Of a stretch of 64,000 nucleotides of DNA, positions 33,340-46,595 are shown piece after piece. Origin of the DNA: Octopus sinensis (taxonomy: Eukaryota); contig NC_043023.1 in the NCBI RefSeq assembly GCF_006345805.1, positions 11,160,001 through 11,224,000 on the forward strand, read 5' to 3'. The position numbers and the translations under genes are program-made. Under the pieces are notes generated by a model. It was not told where the DNA came from, did not search any database, and worked only from the letters and a program-made list of their open reading frames with translations. How positions within the stretch are numbered: the first letter of the stretch is position 1; the number at the start of each line of letters is the position of its first letter.

Positions 33340-34029
33340 AGTTGAAGACGGGAAGGATGACTTCCCTTCACAAATACTGATAGGGCACAGATAGTGTGTC
33401 TATAGCCAGCTGGAGGAGGTATCTTCCTGGGGCTACAAACTACAGTAGCATCCACCCTTAGGGGTTTGCCATATTCAAATGGCAAATATGCATCACGTTT
33501 ATATTTCCTTTTGGGCATATTTCGGTGAGTAGGGAGAGGAGTTTTGGAACATTCGCACAAATAGTTATTGTTTTCTCATAACTTTCAGAAAAATCGATAT
33601 CTTTTTTTATGAAATTTTCTATAAATACCTTTTAGAGATTGTAATACTGCGATTATATCAGAATTTGATATGAAAAAAAAAAAATTTGGTGGACTTGTAC
33701 TCATACATACTGACAAACGTCACATATACCTCCAAAATGAAACGGGAAATTTCGAAAAAAGTTGTGACGTGGTTTAGTATATATGTGTGTGGATATGCTC
33801 ATCATTTTTCTTTTTTTATTAAATGATGATATAATCGTAATATACACACCCTGAAAAGTAACTTAGCCGTTCAGCAAAAGAGTCCGATAGAATAAGTACT
33901 AGGCTTATAAAGAATAAGTCCTGGGGTCGATTTGCTTGACTAAATGCAGTGCTCCAGCATGGCCACAGTCAAATGACTGAAACGAGTAAAAGAGTAAGAG
34001 TTTATCTTTATAACAATGTAATAATATTT

Positions 34030-34290
34030 TTATAAAAATAAAAATAAATGTTCCTTCTCGAGCCATGCCAGGCTCATAAGGGCCAGTTTCCTGGTTTCAG
34101 TGGTGTAGAAATTCCCCACCTGGACGGGACGCCAGTCCATCGCAGGATTACTCATTTTTGCCAGCAGAGTGGACTGGAGCAACATGAAAAATGTGTTTTG
34201 CTCAAGAACACAACACATCGCCCGGTCCAGGAATCGAAACCACAACCTTACATTCATAAGTTCAACGCCCTAACCACTAAGCCACATGTC
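34030..34290 (-). mobile_element. SINE family E
   Basis: Reverse complement of the 18488 family. Confidence 0.85.
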
Positions 34291-34374
34291 TCTACAATAT
34301 TTTTATAGTATTTCCTATATCTTCTACTTTTATTATCTTCTGTTGTTTCTATATCATTTCAGAATATCAGACAT

Positions 34375-34482
34375 ATTGGTGTACGAGATTCAAGCCTCTT
34401 CTCCTTATCTCCTCAAAGACATACAGCATCTCGAAAGAGTCCAGAAGCTGGCTACCCGCATCGTTCTTGGTCTCAAGCATTG
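34375..34482 (+). mobile_element. CR1 RT fragment in the ZNF-4 5' UTR
   Basis: ILVYEIQASSPYLLKDIQHLERVQKLATRIVLGLKH, the same family as the 11128 element. Confidence 0.85.
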
Positions 34483-34490
34483 ATGGGAAT

Positions 34491-34727
34491 ATATATTTCT
34501 TTATTGCCCTCAATGGGCTAAACATAGAGGGGACAAACAAGGACAGACAAAGGGATTAAGTCGATTACATTGACCCCAGTGCATAACTGGTACTTTATTT
34601 ATCGACCCCGAAAGGATGAAAGGCATAGTCGACCTCGGTGGAATTTGAACTCAGAACATAATGGCAGACGAAATACTGCTAAGCATTTCACCTGGCATGC
34701 TAACGTTTCTGCCAGCTCACCGCCTTT
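34491..34727 (-). mobile_element. SINE B monomer with 14-bp TSD ttgatgggaatata
   Basis: TSD at 34477-34490 and 34728-34741. Confidence 0.88.
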
Positions 34728-34833
34728 GTTGATGGGAATATAGCAATAAAAATACTTGAATCGACATAGAAAAATATAGAAAAGAAAACTAGAAAAATAT
34801 ATTTTGTGCTGGTATAAGAAACATCATAGAACA

Positions 34834-35991
34834 ATGAGTTACACAAGAAATGTAAAGGATGGCTTATTTCCTGAAGGGATGACGAAAGAAAAAGAAAAAC
34901 CATTATACCACTGTGAGATCTGTAAAAAGTATTTTCCTAATAAGGAAAACCTCAAAATTCACAAATGTATTCATACAGGTGAGAAGCGATATCACTGTGA
35001 AATCTGTGGAAAATCATTCTCTCACAACAGCAGCCTTAATTATCATAAACGCATTCACACAGGAGAGAAACTACATCGCTGCGATATTTGTGGTAAGTTA
35101 TTCTCCAAAAAACGTGTCCTAACTCAACATAAATACATTCATACAGGAGAGAAGCCATATCCATGTGATATTTGTGGAAAATCATTCTCTCAAAAAAGTA
35201 GCCTTACTTCTCACAAATATCTTCACACAGGAGAGAAACCTTATCACTGCGATATCTGTGGTAAATCATTTGCTTTAAAGGGTAATTTAACTGCGCACAA
35301 ATCCATCCATTCAGGAGAGAAACCATATCACTGTGATGTCTGTGGTAAATCATTCTCTCTGAAACGTAACCTCACTACACATAACAATATTCATACAGGT
35401 GAAAAACCACATCATTGTGATATCTGTGGTAAATCATTCTCTCAGATTAGCACCTTAATTTGTCATAAAGCCAGTCACACAGGAGAGAAACGATATAACT
35501 GTGATATCTGTGGTAAGTCATTCTCCCAGAGAGGTGCCGTAACTGCTCACAAGTATATTCATACAGGAGATTGGCCGTATCACTGTGATATCTGTGGTAA
35601 ATCATTTTCTGAAAAGGGTAACTTAGCTAAACATAAATACATTCACACAGGAGCAAAACCATATCACTGTGATATCTGTGGGAAATTATTCACTCAAACA
35701 AGTGCCATAAATACTCACAAACGTATTCACACAGGAGAACAGCCTTATCACTGCGATATCTGTGGCAAATCATTCTCTGTGAAAAGTGTTTTGACTAATC
35801 ACAAACGTACCCATACAGGAGAGAAACCATATCGCTGTGATATCTGTGATAAATCATTCTCGGTGAGAAGTAATTTAACCAATCACAAACGTACCCATAC
35901 AGGAGAGAAACCATATCACTGTGATATATGTAGTAAATCATTTTCTCGGAGAACTCACTTGACTAAACACAAACATATTCATACAGGATAA
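34834..35991 (+). CDS. C2H2 zinc-finger protein ZNF-4, 385 aa, 13 fingers
   Basis: ATG at 34834 ([22 protein letters not shown]); all fingers retain the Cys2His2 ligands. Confidence 0.94.
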   Translation: MSYTRNVKDGLFPEGMTKEKEKPLYHCEICKKYFPNKENLKIHKCIHTGEKRYHCEICGKSFSHNSSLNYHKRIHTGEKLHRCDICGKLFSKKRVLTQHKYIHTGEKPYPCDICGKSFSQKSSLTSHKYLHTGEKPYHCDICGKSFALKGNLTAHKSIHSGEKPYHCDVCGKSFSLKRNLTTHNNIHTGEKPHHCDICGKSFSQISTLICHKASHTGEKRYNCDICGKSFSQRGAVTAHKYIHTGDWPYHCDICGKSFSEKGNLAKHKYIHTGAKPYHCDICGKLFTQTSAINTHKRIHTGEQPYHCDICGKSFSVKSVLTNHKRTHTGEKPYRCDICDKSFSVRSNLTNHKRTHTGEKPYHCDICSKSFSRRTHLTKHKHIHTG

Positions 35992-36231
35992 GAATACTTA
36001 TGACTGTGTAATCTATGCTAAATCATTCTCTGAATAATGTACCCTAACTAAACACATATTTATTCATATTGATCAATAAAAATATCAATGATAAAATAGA
36101 TGTCTTGGTAAATAAAATACACCAATTGTATTACTTTTTATTGAACAAATATATTTTTTACGTTTTTCTCATTTGTATCAACCCACTAATTATAATGAAT
36201 GTTTTTTATTCAAATAAAATAATAATAAATG

Positions 36232-36476
36232 TGCCCTTTGAAAGCCTAACCAAGCTCATGGGCCCAGATTCCCGGTTTCCATGGCGTATGTGTTCCCCAG
36301 CTGGACAGGACGCCAGTCCATTGCAGTGTTACTTATTTTTGCCAGCTGAGTGAATGAAGCAACGTGAAATGAAGTATTTTGTTCAAGAACAGAATGCGTT
36401 GCCCGGTCCAGGAATCGAAACCACAATCTTACGATCATAATGCTGACACCTTCACCACTAAGCCACGCGCCTCCAC
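36232..36476 (-). mobile_element. SINE family E
   Basis: Head ggaggcgcgtggcttagtgg on the minus strand. Confidence 0.85.
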
Positions 36477-36825
36477 TTTTTTTATTCAAATAATATTGAT
36501 CAAATTAATTTGCTCCATTTTCTTGCTGATGTGTGATTATGGACACTAATATATGACATTCCAGTTCTCATTCATGATCAGTTGTTCCCTGCTGGACAGG
36601 TTTTGTGCTACTGCCCCACACCTCCCAGAACAAACTTGAGGTTTATTACTGTTTGTCACAGTGTTGGGTGGAGATGCAATATACTTTTCAAAAGCCTTAC
36701 CCCTGTCCTACCCAGTGTTCAAACACCTCCTACTCAACCCATACAACGGATGATACAGCATGCTTATTTGTTACTAAATCGTTTTGTTGGACAGATTTGT
36801 GTGGTTTTATTCATGCTAGACACAT

Positions 36826-37940
36826 AAACAATATGGAGCTATGGCAAAGAACAAAGGAAGTTTTGATTAGGGAGCAAATATTTAAGAAAATTTAGATTTT
36901 ACTTGACATAGCGATGAAAAAATACCAGATTTTTAATTTCTATTATTACAGTAGATATTCCACTTGGTAATTGTGTCCATTGAATGCCGTCTATTGTTTT
37001 ATAATAGAGGTGTGGACTTGCTAAATATCTCTCTTGGCAATACTTGCAATAGATTACTTGAAATAGATGGCACCCGCATAGAACACATAAGTGATATGGA
37101 GCTATGGCAAAGAACAAATCAAGTTTCGATTAGGGAGCCAATATTTAAGAAAATAATAGAGTGTGACTTGCTACATATCTCTCTTGGCAATAACTTGCAT
37201 AGTATACTTGAAATTAGATGGCCCGAACACATAAGTGATATGGAGCTATGGCAAAGAACAAATCAAGTTTCGATTAGGGAGCAAATATTTAAGAAAATTT
37301 AGATTTTACTTGACATAGCGATGAAAAAATACCAGATTTTTAATTTCTATTATTACAGTAGATATTCCACTTGGTAATTGTGTCCATTGAATGCCGTCTA
37401 TTGTTTTATAATAGAGGTGTGACTTGCTACATATCTCTCTTGGCAATACTTGCATAGTATACTTGAAATTAGATGGCCCGAACACATAAGTGATATGGAG
37501 CTATGGCAAAGAACAAATCAAGTTTCGATTAGGGAGCAAATATTTAAGAAAAAGTGGAAGTGGATTGGTAGCACAATTAGAAAAGAAACGCCAAATGTAG
37601 CAAAAAGTGCTTTAAAGTGGAAACCGGTTGGATATAGAAAGAAAGGTAGGCCTAAGGACTTGTGGTGGAGATCAACCACAAAGGATTAGAAAAGGGGACA
37701 TTCTCATATAAGCGGTTGAGCATAACTCTGTACAATACAGAGACCCAACACATGGACATGACTATGGGATTCAATTATGAGTGGCCTATACTCCACGGAT
37801 GGGTATAGAAGGAGAGGTAGGCCTAAGACTCGTGGCGTAATCAACACAAAGGAACTAGAGAAGGGGGAAATTCATGGCAAGTAGAATATACAGAAGCCCC
37901 AAATTTTTGCGACATGGAATTCAATTATGAGTGGCCTATA
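36826..37940 (+). mobile_element. RTE-type LINE 3' end with nested tandem duplications
   Basis: HISDMELWQRTNQ...WKWIGSTIRK...ALKWKPVGYRKKGRPK..WWRS; the atggagctatggcaaagaac motif occurs 4 times; 407-bp direct duplication; duplicated attatgagtggcctatactcc tail. Confidence 0.8.
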
Positions 37941-38163
37941 CTCCGTGTTGGAGGGTTAAAGGCATAAAGAACAAGAAAGAAGAGGTACCAAGCTGGTATT
38001 TATGTTGGACATGTGGTTAGGATGGTACCATAAAGGATTACAAAACTGATTCCTAAAGCACACCTGACTGGCAGGAGACCTAGATGTAGAGTTTGAGCAA
38101 GATGGTTGGATAATATCTGTACTTTCAATTGGTTATGCTTTAGAATCCAGCAGGAAAGTTTAA

Positions 38164-38390
38164 CCCTTTCGTTACTGTATTTCTGTTGAGATGCTCTGTG
38201 TTTCTTTCAATTAATTTTAAATATAACAAAGATTTAGTAAAATAACTTAGTTATTATTCAGTAGTAGTATAGGAACATAAATTGTGATTAAGATTTGGTG
38301 GAAGATTTTAAGATTTTAAATTCAAACTTATGAAAACAAGACATTTGTACACAGAGCAGAGCCGGTTTCAGCCGGGTTGTAACAAAAGGG
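38164..38390. mobile_element. piggyBac-type MITE
   Basis: TTAA|ccctttcgttac ... gtaacaaaaggg|TTAA. Confidence 0.9.
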
Positions 38391-38422
38391 TTAAGAATTG
38401 TTTCTCTATTATATATTTTTAA

Positions 38423-38609
38423 CCCTTTCATTACCATATTTCTGTTAAGATGTTCTGTGTTGAATTTAGTAAAAAACTTAATTATCATTAAGCTAGTGTT
38501 AGGTAAATTGTGATTAAGATTTGGTGGAATTTGAATTCAAAACTTTTGAAAACAAAACATTTGTACTACAGAGCCAGAGGCGGTTTCAGCCGGGTTAGTA
38601 ATGAAAGGG
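38423..38609. mobile_element. piggyBac-type MITE, second adjacent copy
   Basis: TTAA|ccctttcattac ... gtaatgaaaggg|TTAA. Confidence 0.9.
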
Positions 38610-38814
38610 TTAATGGTGTTTCATTCTGAAAGGATCCTGTGAAGGAGGTGTCTCTTGTGGATGCACCTCCCAGGAATGGTGAGTGGTGAAAATGGGTGGA
38701 TGGATTTTGACATTACTATAATCTTATGAATACTGATATTTTACAATGTCCCACCTGTATAGTTAATCAGGTCATTCAGGTATGCGTATTCCTCAGTGAC
38801 AGGAGCAGCAGCAA

Positions 38815-39311
38815 CATAGTCTCTCCTTATCTCCTCAAAGACATACAGCATCTCGAAAGAGTCCAGAAGCTGGCTACCCGCATGGTTCTTGGTCTCAAGC
38901 ATTTGTCTTATGAAGAAAGGCTGAAGACGCTCGACCTTTATTCTCTAGTAAAATGCCGCCACCGTGGTGATCTCATTCTTGCTCACAACATCATAAGCAG
39001 AAAGTGTAAACTCTCGAAAGAGCTGTTCTTCACTCCTGCTCCAGAGCGTCGGCTGCGGGGTCACTCCGAAAAGCTCTATCTGCGACGATTTCATCTCAAT
39101 CAAAGGAGAGGGGCTTCTCCGTCCGGGTTGTGGATCCGTGGAATAAGCTGCTGGACGAGATAGTGAGGATGCCGACGACCACTCGGTTCAAAGTCTCTCT
39201 TGACCAGAAGTGGCCTGAACTCTTTGTATGACCACCCCTGTACATAACTCCATGTCCCCCTACATGGCCTTGCTTTTTGCTTTTTGAGCCAAAAATTAAC
39301 TAACTAACTAA
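38815..39311 (+). mobile_element. 5'-truncated CR1 copy with (AACT)n tail
   Basis: Near-identical to the reverse complement of 11130-11630. Confidence 0.92.
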
Positions 39312-39507
39312 GTTACTACAATGGGTAAGGAAGATGTCAAATAGAATTATAGAGGCAGGAAATTAATCCTAGGTGATGAAAGTAAAGGAGAGATTTCCAG
39401 CCCAATTAATTGGGAACAGATTTAGACGAGATGAAATGCTGGTTGGCTTTATCCTGGAGAGAATCACTACAGGAGTATAAGAGAAGTATTTAGTTAAGAA
39501 GAAGCTG

Positions 39508-40147
39508 GGATCTTTTCCTTTTGAACGGCAGATGTCAACACAATTTCTAGTTAACTAAACACTTTTAAACTTCTTATACTGGTAGAATGTGTTTATAAAA
39601 TATCATTTTTTCTTGGCTTTATTGAGAAAATTCTATAGTTTGTAAGATATTTCGTCTGAAAATCCGAGCATTTCAGCAATTTTAACCAATCAATAACCTC
39701 CATTCAACTAAAATCATTTGCTGCGTCTAAAACTAAGACAACATCCTGTAACTAACCCTAACCCTTTTTTTTTTTTTCATAATTGTTAAATTAATTTAAT
39801 TGTTACGCGTGTAAAAAAAACTGAAAGCAATGGAATATGATTTAAACAATTAACAAACAAAATAAGTTTATAATTTTATACACACGCTTTCCGTACGTAT
39901 ATGGAAAGCGTGTGTATGATGTTGTCTCAGTTTTAGACGCAGCAAATGATTTTAGCTCAAAAGAGAGCATAGGATTGGTTAAAATTCGAAAAATTAAACT
40001 ACGTTAAACAAACAAATTACAATTTTCTCAAGAAAGCCAAGAGAAAAAAATGTTTTCTTTTGACACATTCTACCAGTATACAAAGTTTTAAAGTGTTTAG
40101 TTAACTAGAAATTGTGTTGAAATCTGCCGTTCAAAAGGAAAAGATCC
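39508..40147. mobile_element. MITE (GGATC-TIR family) with internal hairpins
   Basis: ggatcttttccttttgaacggcag ... ctgccgttcaaaaggaaaagatcc; internal inverted repeat 39707-39746 / 39919-39956. Confidence 0.85.
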
Positions 40148-40362
40148 AAAAGGTGTTTTATTTTGACACATTCTACCAGTATACAAAGTTTAAAAGTGTT
40201 TAGTTAACTAGAAATTGTGTTGAAATGTGGCCTTCAAAAGGAAAAGATCCAAAAAATGTTTTATTTTGACACATTCTACCAGTATACAAAGTTTAAAAGT
40301 GTTTAGTTAACTAGAAATTGTGTTGAAATCTGGCCTTCAAAAGGAAAAGATCCAAAAGGTGT
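40058..40362. repeat. Three tandem copies (period 103 bp) of the MITE right end
   Basis: tgacacattctaccagtatac at 40061, 40164 and 40267. Confidence 0.9.
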
Positions 40363-40530
40363 TGTACTTGGCATTTGTTGATCTGGAGTAAGTCTATGTC
40401 CGAGTACTTCACTCTGTGATATGGTGGTCTCTGAGGGAGCAAGGGGTAGACAAATGGCCTGTGAAAGCAGCACAGGTTATTTACAGGTGTGCCGTTAGTA
40501 AGGTAAGAGCTAGCCATGAGTATAGTGATT
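40363..40530 (+). mobile_element. Degenerate RTE RT fragment
   Basis: YLAFVDLE*...VIWWSLREQGVDKW.VKA, homologous to the 20080 fragment. Confidence 0.7.
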
Positions 40531-41424
40531 AATTATTTTTTAAATCTGCCGGTCAAAATGAAAAGATCCGAAATATTTTGAAATGGCTTTTGTAAGCTAT
40601 CTACTATTTTTGTCGTGCGATGTTCTGTGTCACTTTGGAAAAAGTATTTGCAAAATTTTATTTGAAAATATTTATTTGAAACAGTCTTATGAGAAACAAA
40701 AGGGACGTGGAGGAACCGATTTGAATTAAAGGAAAGGAAGAAAGCTAAGCCATTGCTTTGTTGAACGAAAGAACATTATCGGTGTAAAGGAATTGCTGAT
40801 TTGTAGATATGGATGCTAGATGTGGTGGAACTGATTGGTTAGATGAAAGGAGCCGTATGTAGGCAACCTTATTTGAAACCAGTTCCATCATGTTTTAATG
40901 AGTCATCTGGAGTTATCTCCCCACATCGTTAACTAGGAGGCGCTCATTAGATAGGGTTAAAAAGTCTTGCACAGCCAAGTCACACCCTCTTTTCTTTTCC
41001 AGCACGAACAAAGAGATTAAGAGATCGGACCCGGCAGCCTATAAGGCCCAGCAACTATCGGATATTTTCGGTTTGAACGGCAGTTTTTAACATAATTTCT
41101 AGGTAACTAAAAAATTTTAAACTTCGTATACTAGTAGAATGTGTTTATAAAACATCTTTTTCTCTTGGCTTTATTGAGAAAATTCTGTAGTTTGTAACAT
41201 ATTTCGTCTTTAATTTCTTGCATTTCGGCAATTTCAACCAATCACTGGCGTCTATTGAGTTAAAAAGCATTCTGTGTCCTATGAATATGTCCCTTTCGGG
41301 GGTTGATTAAATAAGTACCAGGTACGCACTGTGGTTAATGGAATCGACTCAAAGCCTATGTCCTTGCTTGTCCCCTCTATGTTCAGGCACAACAACACAC
41401 ACATTTCATCAATTTGAAAGTCTC

Positions 41425-41610
41425 TATTAAGGTGGCAAGCTGGAACGGGGTTGATTAAATAAGTACCAGTTATGCACTTGGGTTGATGTAATCGACTTAA
41501 TGCCTTTGTCTGTCCTTGATTGTCCCCACTATGTTTAGCCCCTTGTGGGCAATAAAGAAATAAGAAACGTTAGGACACCAGGCGAAATGCTTAGCGGTAT
41601 TTCTTCTGCC
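41425..41610 (+). mobile_element. SINE B head with a nested truncated SINE B; the host body continues at 46844-47025 after the Tx1 insertion
   Basis: aaggtggcaagctgg...[truncated B copy ending aaagaaata]agaaacgttagg...gcttagc ggtatttcttctgcc. Confidence 0.75.
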
Positions 41611-41775
41611 GCACATGTGTTCGTGAAGTAAGAATTGCTGTTTCGTGGTGTTAATATTGTTAACAACTGTTGTTTCTTGTTAAACTGTTGAATAACTTAA
41701 CTGTTGGAGTTTTCAATTGAAAACACTTAGTGCTTGTGGTAGCACGCGTTGTTCATTCCCCCTTTGGGGGGAAGA

Positions 41776-43303
41776 ATGTCGTCTAGCATGGAGCCTACCG
41801 TTGGAGCAGAAATACTTGTTTCTCCTGTTGAGAGGAGGAAATACATGTCCGGCGAGGAGCCAACTACAGACAAGGAAATAGGGGTTTCCCCCGCTACAAG
41901 AAGGAATAGCAGAGAGGATAATATATTTGATATTTTTGGAGATGTGTCTGAGAGCTCGTCAGAACTTTCACCAGAAGAGTTTCCGACTTTGCCAGAGAAC
42001 AAAGGCATTGTGTCGAAGAGAATAATTGATGTGCCTAGCATCCAGATAGAACCAAAAATGGAAAAAAAAGTTTTGCGTTGGCTGCTGGGGGTGGAACCCA
42101 GATACTGTCGACGAATAAAAGCGAAATTATGAAATACAGCAAAATGATGGAAATAAATGACAACAGTGTGAAAATTGAACCTCCGCAAAAGTTATTACAG
42201 GAAGAAAAGCAAAAAACAATAATTTTCAAAACATATTGTCTACAAAATAGAAAAATTGAAAGAATGTCAGAAGAGAAAATAGAAAAGTGCTTAAAGCCAA
42301 TATTGGGCGACGTAGTAATTCTGAGAAGAGGAAAAAAATTCGGAACGGTGGAAGTAAGGTTCACCAATAAAGAAATAGCACACAAGAACTCAGTGGAAAC
42401 GTTGAAAACGAACGACGTGGAGTTAATACCCTATTATATGGGGATGAGGACGTCGCGAATAAAAATTACAAGGGTCCCGCCAGAGGTCGAACCTATGTGG
42501 TTGTTGGCGGCAGTCCTAATCAAAGAGGTAGAAAAAATTACTCTCCTCCAGGCTACCGCTACGGAAAACCCACGCTGGGATGGTAAAACAATTAATCTTC
42601 TCATTCAAGCGGACCCTAAAATAATTCAAACAATTCCTGAGACAATTGAGGCAGGGGAGGAGAACCTCGTGGTGTTTGTTGAGGGCCGAAAACCTCGATG
42701 TTTTTTATGTGGTCAATTAGGCCACATTCGAAGGAACTGCAAGGAAAATGAAGAAGAGGAGGAAGAGGAGAAAAAAGACAAAGAGGAAGAAGATAAAGAA
42801 GAAACAGATGAGAAAAAAACAACAAACAAAAGAAAATACAACCAGCAACCCAGCCGAGAGCGGCGACTACTACAGAACAACGACCAAAAAAGACTGCCAG
42901 AAGCGAAAAAGAAGAAAAAGGCATAATAGCCGTATACACTAAAGATACTGAGCTCATGAGAGACATTCAACTCATAAAGACTGTAAAAAAAATTGATAAC
43001 CTTTCAGAGGAATTTATCAATTACGACATATATGAAGTCTCAAATAAGACTTATAGAATTCTACAAAATAAGTACAGAAAGACTGTATCTTCATTGAGAT
43101 TAGATTTTAACAAGTCGATATTTCATGGATTACCAGCTCCGATCCCGCGAGAAAAGGAAAAGGTGGAGATTCCCCCTCCACCTGATAATTCTGTGTCGGT
43201 GGTGAGACGGGATTTTGACAAATCTATTTCCCAAGACCGTACACCTCCGACCCTGGATAAAAAAAAGGTGGAGGGTCCCCCTCCACCGGACAATCCTAAT
43301 TAA
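41776..43303 (+). pseudogene. Tx1 ORF1 (gag-like, CCHC knuckle), broken by two frameshifts in A-runs
   Basis: CFLCGQLGHIRRNC; removing one A at 42062-42069 restores EKSFALAAG; second shift near 42905-42920. Confidence 0.7.
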
Positions 43304-43311
43304 ACAGGTAA

Positions 43312-46300
43312 GTGATGGCTATTCACATTGGTTGTTTAAATGTTCATGGCCTGTTGTCAAGCTGGAAGCAAGGACGCTTTCTGAATGACATCAGGTCGAG
43401 AAATTTGGATGTAATTGTTGCAACGGAAACCCGGGTGAAGGGGCCAAGAGATCTGCTCCCCCTCCTGAACGGCTACGAGAAATACGTTTCTCCGAGTCGG
43501 GCGGGAGGTGGGGGTGGGGTGTTGGTCCTACTAAAAAGAAACCGGGTAGCCGAGAAAAAGTTGGTTTTTTCTGACCCAGAAGGCAGGCTGGTCGTTCTCG
43601 ACTTGACATTCAGTTGTGGCAAGACAATCAGGCTGGTCGCTATTTATGCACCAAACATTATTGGCCCGCAAACTGAATATTTTCGTGGCCTAGGAAAGTT
43701 CCTAGCCACGTCGCATTCACTAGTAGTGTTAGGAGACTCTAATACAATATGTGCAGCACACACAGATTGTGTTGGCTCAAACTCGAACATGAACAGAAAA
43801 TGTAACACAGGCTTTCGGGATCTGCTAAGTCAATTTCAGCTAGCAGATCCATATAGGTTGGAGCACCCGAACACTCCACAGTGGACGTGGTCAAATAGTG
43901 ACGGGTCTACCAGAACATATCTAGATAGGATTTTAATTAGAGAAAAAGATAAGTCCATAGTTGAGTGTCCACAGTTTTTTCTAGTCAGCTACAGTGACCA
44001 CAAGATGGTTACCTGTAAACTGACGGTAGATAAGTTGCATAGACAGGGATCTGGCTACTGGAAACTCAATACGTCCCTTTTGGCGATTGAGGAGTACAGA
44101 AAGCGGATCAAGATGTTAATACAGAGGGCATTAACAGGTACCATCATTAATAACAAATGGTGGTATGCCCTAAAAAGAGCCATCAAATATGAGTCTATTA
44201 GGTTTAGCATAAGTTTAGCTAAGAAGGGACGTAAAATAGGAGATGGTCTAGTTAAGGAACTAGAAGAAGCCTGGAGGACTGGTAATACAGACCAAGCGAG
44301 GGTGAAAAGACTGGAGTTAAACCAGCATCTTGAAGCCCACCACATGGGAAGTATTACCAGAGCTAAGTTACGTGCAATGGGAAGTGAAGGAATCAAAGCC
44401 GCTGGATGGGCCCGAGTGGTGGAAGCTCGGCAAGGAAATAGTTCCTCTATTCGGTCTTTGACGAATCAAAATGGTGTCTTGATAAACGAACCCGAGAAAA
44501 TGTGTGAGGTCTTTCGGGAGTACTTCGCCCAGCTGTTCGGGGGTGACGGCGGTCCTGGTGGTGGGAGAGCCCTCGAGGACTTTCTTACCGGGCTGCCGTG
44601 CCTCTCGGGGTCGGATGCGGAGTCTTGCGAAGGGCCAATCACACTTGAGGAGGTGATGGAGGCTTTGGCCGATTGTAAAGCGGGTAAGTCACCGGGACTT
44701 GATGGTCTTCCGTACGAGCTGTATAAATGTATGCCAGACTTGTTCGGGCAACTACTGACTGACGTGTACGCGAACTGGAAACAGAATGGGTTTATCCCCA
44801 GATCTGTGCGCCGGGGAGTAGTGACGTTGGTCAGAAAGGACCCAGACAAGGGGGACGTTCTAGAGAATTTCAGGCCCATCACTCTGTTAAACGCAGAAGT
44901 GAAGATTTTGGCCAAGGTTCTAGCAAAAAGGTTGGCGCGTGTCGCGAATGGTATAGTCGGGGAGGCACAGACATGTGCCATCCCAGGCAGAACCATTCAG
45001 GATACCCTCCATCTTATTCGCTATACCATAGAGAGGTTTGGTAATAAATCTGGCAAAGGTGGGGCATTGGTGCATTTGGACCAGTCTAAAGCTTTTGATA
45101 GGGTTGACCATCGATACCTAGCGACTGTACTTGCGCGGTTTGGCCTGGGCCTTGGCTTCCTCAGGTGGTTTATCGCTTTGTACCACAACATTGACTCGAT
45201 AGTTTGGGTGAACGGTTTCCTTTCGAAGCCGTTCTGCATCAGACGCTCGGTTCGTCAAGGATGTCCGCTTTCACCACTTTTGTATGTGATGGCTCTCGAG
45301 CCATTACTGCAAAGGTTGAGTGGCATCCCGAGAGAACCAGGACTAGAGGAGTTTGTTACAGCTTTCGCGGATGATATCACTATCAGTGTAACCACAGTGG
45401 TACGCCTACGTGAAGTAGGTAAGACTATTGAGGCTTACGAGGAGGTAGCAGGAGCAAAGATTAACCGGGAAAAGTCGGTCGGCTTGCAGCTCGGCACCTG
45501 GGTTGGCAAGTCGATGCCTTCAGACAGTGTTGTTAGGCGCTGGACGGAGGGACCGGTTAAGTTGCTGGGAGTCTGGTTTGGACCAGGCCTCCAGATAGAG
45601 AAGAACTGGACGGAGGTATTGAGCAGGGTGGCTGCAGTAGTCAAGACTTGGTCTTGGCGGTGGCTATCCCTGAAAGGGAGGGCGGAAGTGGCCAATGTGT
45701 TTATCACATCGGTCATTACCTACCGCCTGACTGTCGTGCCCTGTCCGGATTCGTGGCTGATCAGGTTGGAGAGACAGCTCTTTCGCTTTTTGTGGAAGGG
45801 CAGGTCGCCACTTGTGAAACGCTCTGTCTGCTGTCAAAAGCCTTTAAATGGAGGTTTAGGGATGCCTTGGTTAATGATGCGCAGACATGCGTTGAGGTTG
45901 AGGCACCTCTGGATTCTCCTGGATAGTGAACGGGTGTGGTCTCCGCTGGCCAGACAAATGTTCCCTGAGTTCAAGAGTTTTTGCGAACAGGAAGCCTGGT
46001 GTTCTCGTAGACCGAGGTCGAGTGAGTGGCATAAAGAGTGCCGTAAGGCCCTCTTGCTGTTCCGGCGCTCGGGCAACGCCAGCGGTGGGGGTTCCACACG
46101 GATTTTATATAGTGGGTTGGTAGAGTCTGAATGCGACGATGGCCTGGGGTCGACTCTAGGTCTCGGATTTATTCAACTGGACAGCTTGTTTCATCGTACA
46201 TTTGGGTTGAGAACGTTGGACAACTTCCAAACGCTATTGTTCAGTGTCCGGAGATAACTGAAATGTGGGCTTATGCTGAACATCTGTTGTCCGGCGAAGG

Positions 46301-46595
46301 AAGAGTACGGATATCGACTGAGTCAATTATAAAAATTGACCCACCGGGAGTTCTAACGAACGAAGGTAAGAATTGTTTTCTCACGGTTGTAGCAATAGCA
46401 AAAGAGGCTGTATGGAATACTAGGATAAAAGGAATTAAGACAGGCAACTTTATCTCTGGTGACAATTTACGATCCTTTTTTTCTTTTCATTTGAAAAGGA
46501 AACTGTGGCTGGAGAAGAGGTGTCTGTCAGAGTGTACGTTCCAAAAGAGATGGAAGTATGTTGCACGAGTGTTGTGCGTGCAAGGAACCATGTGA
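43312..46595 (+). CDS. Tx1 ORF2 APE endonuclease-RT; 981 aa open, then a deletion/frameshift near 46231 in the C-terminal zinc-binding region
   Basis: IGCLNVHGL, ATETRV, LGDSN, YLDRIL, SDH, YWKLN, KSPGLDGLP, NFRPITLLN, QTCAIPGRTI, DQSKAFDRVDH, VRQGCPLSPLLY, FADD; DNFQ joins directly to (A)IVQCPE in another frame. Confidence 0.9.
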
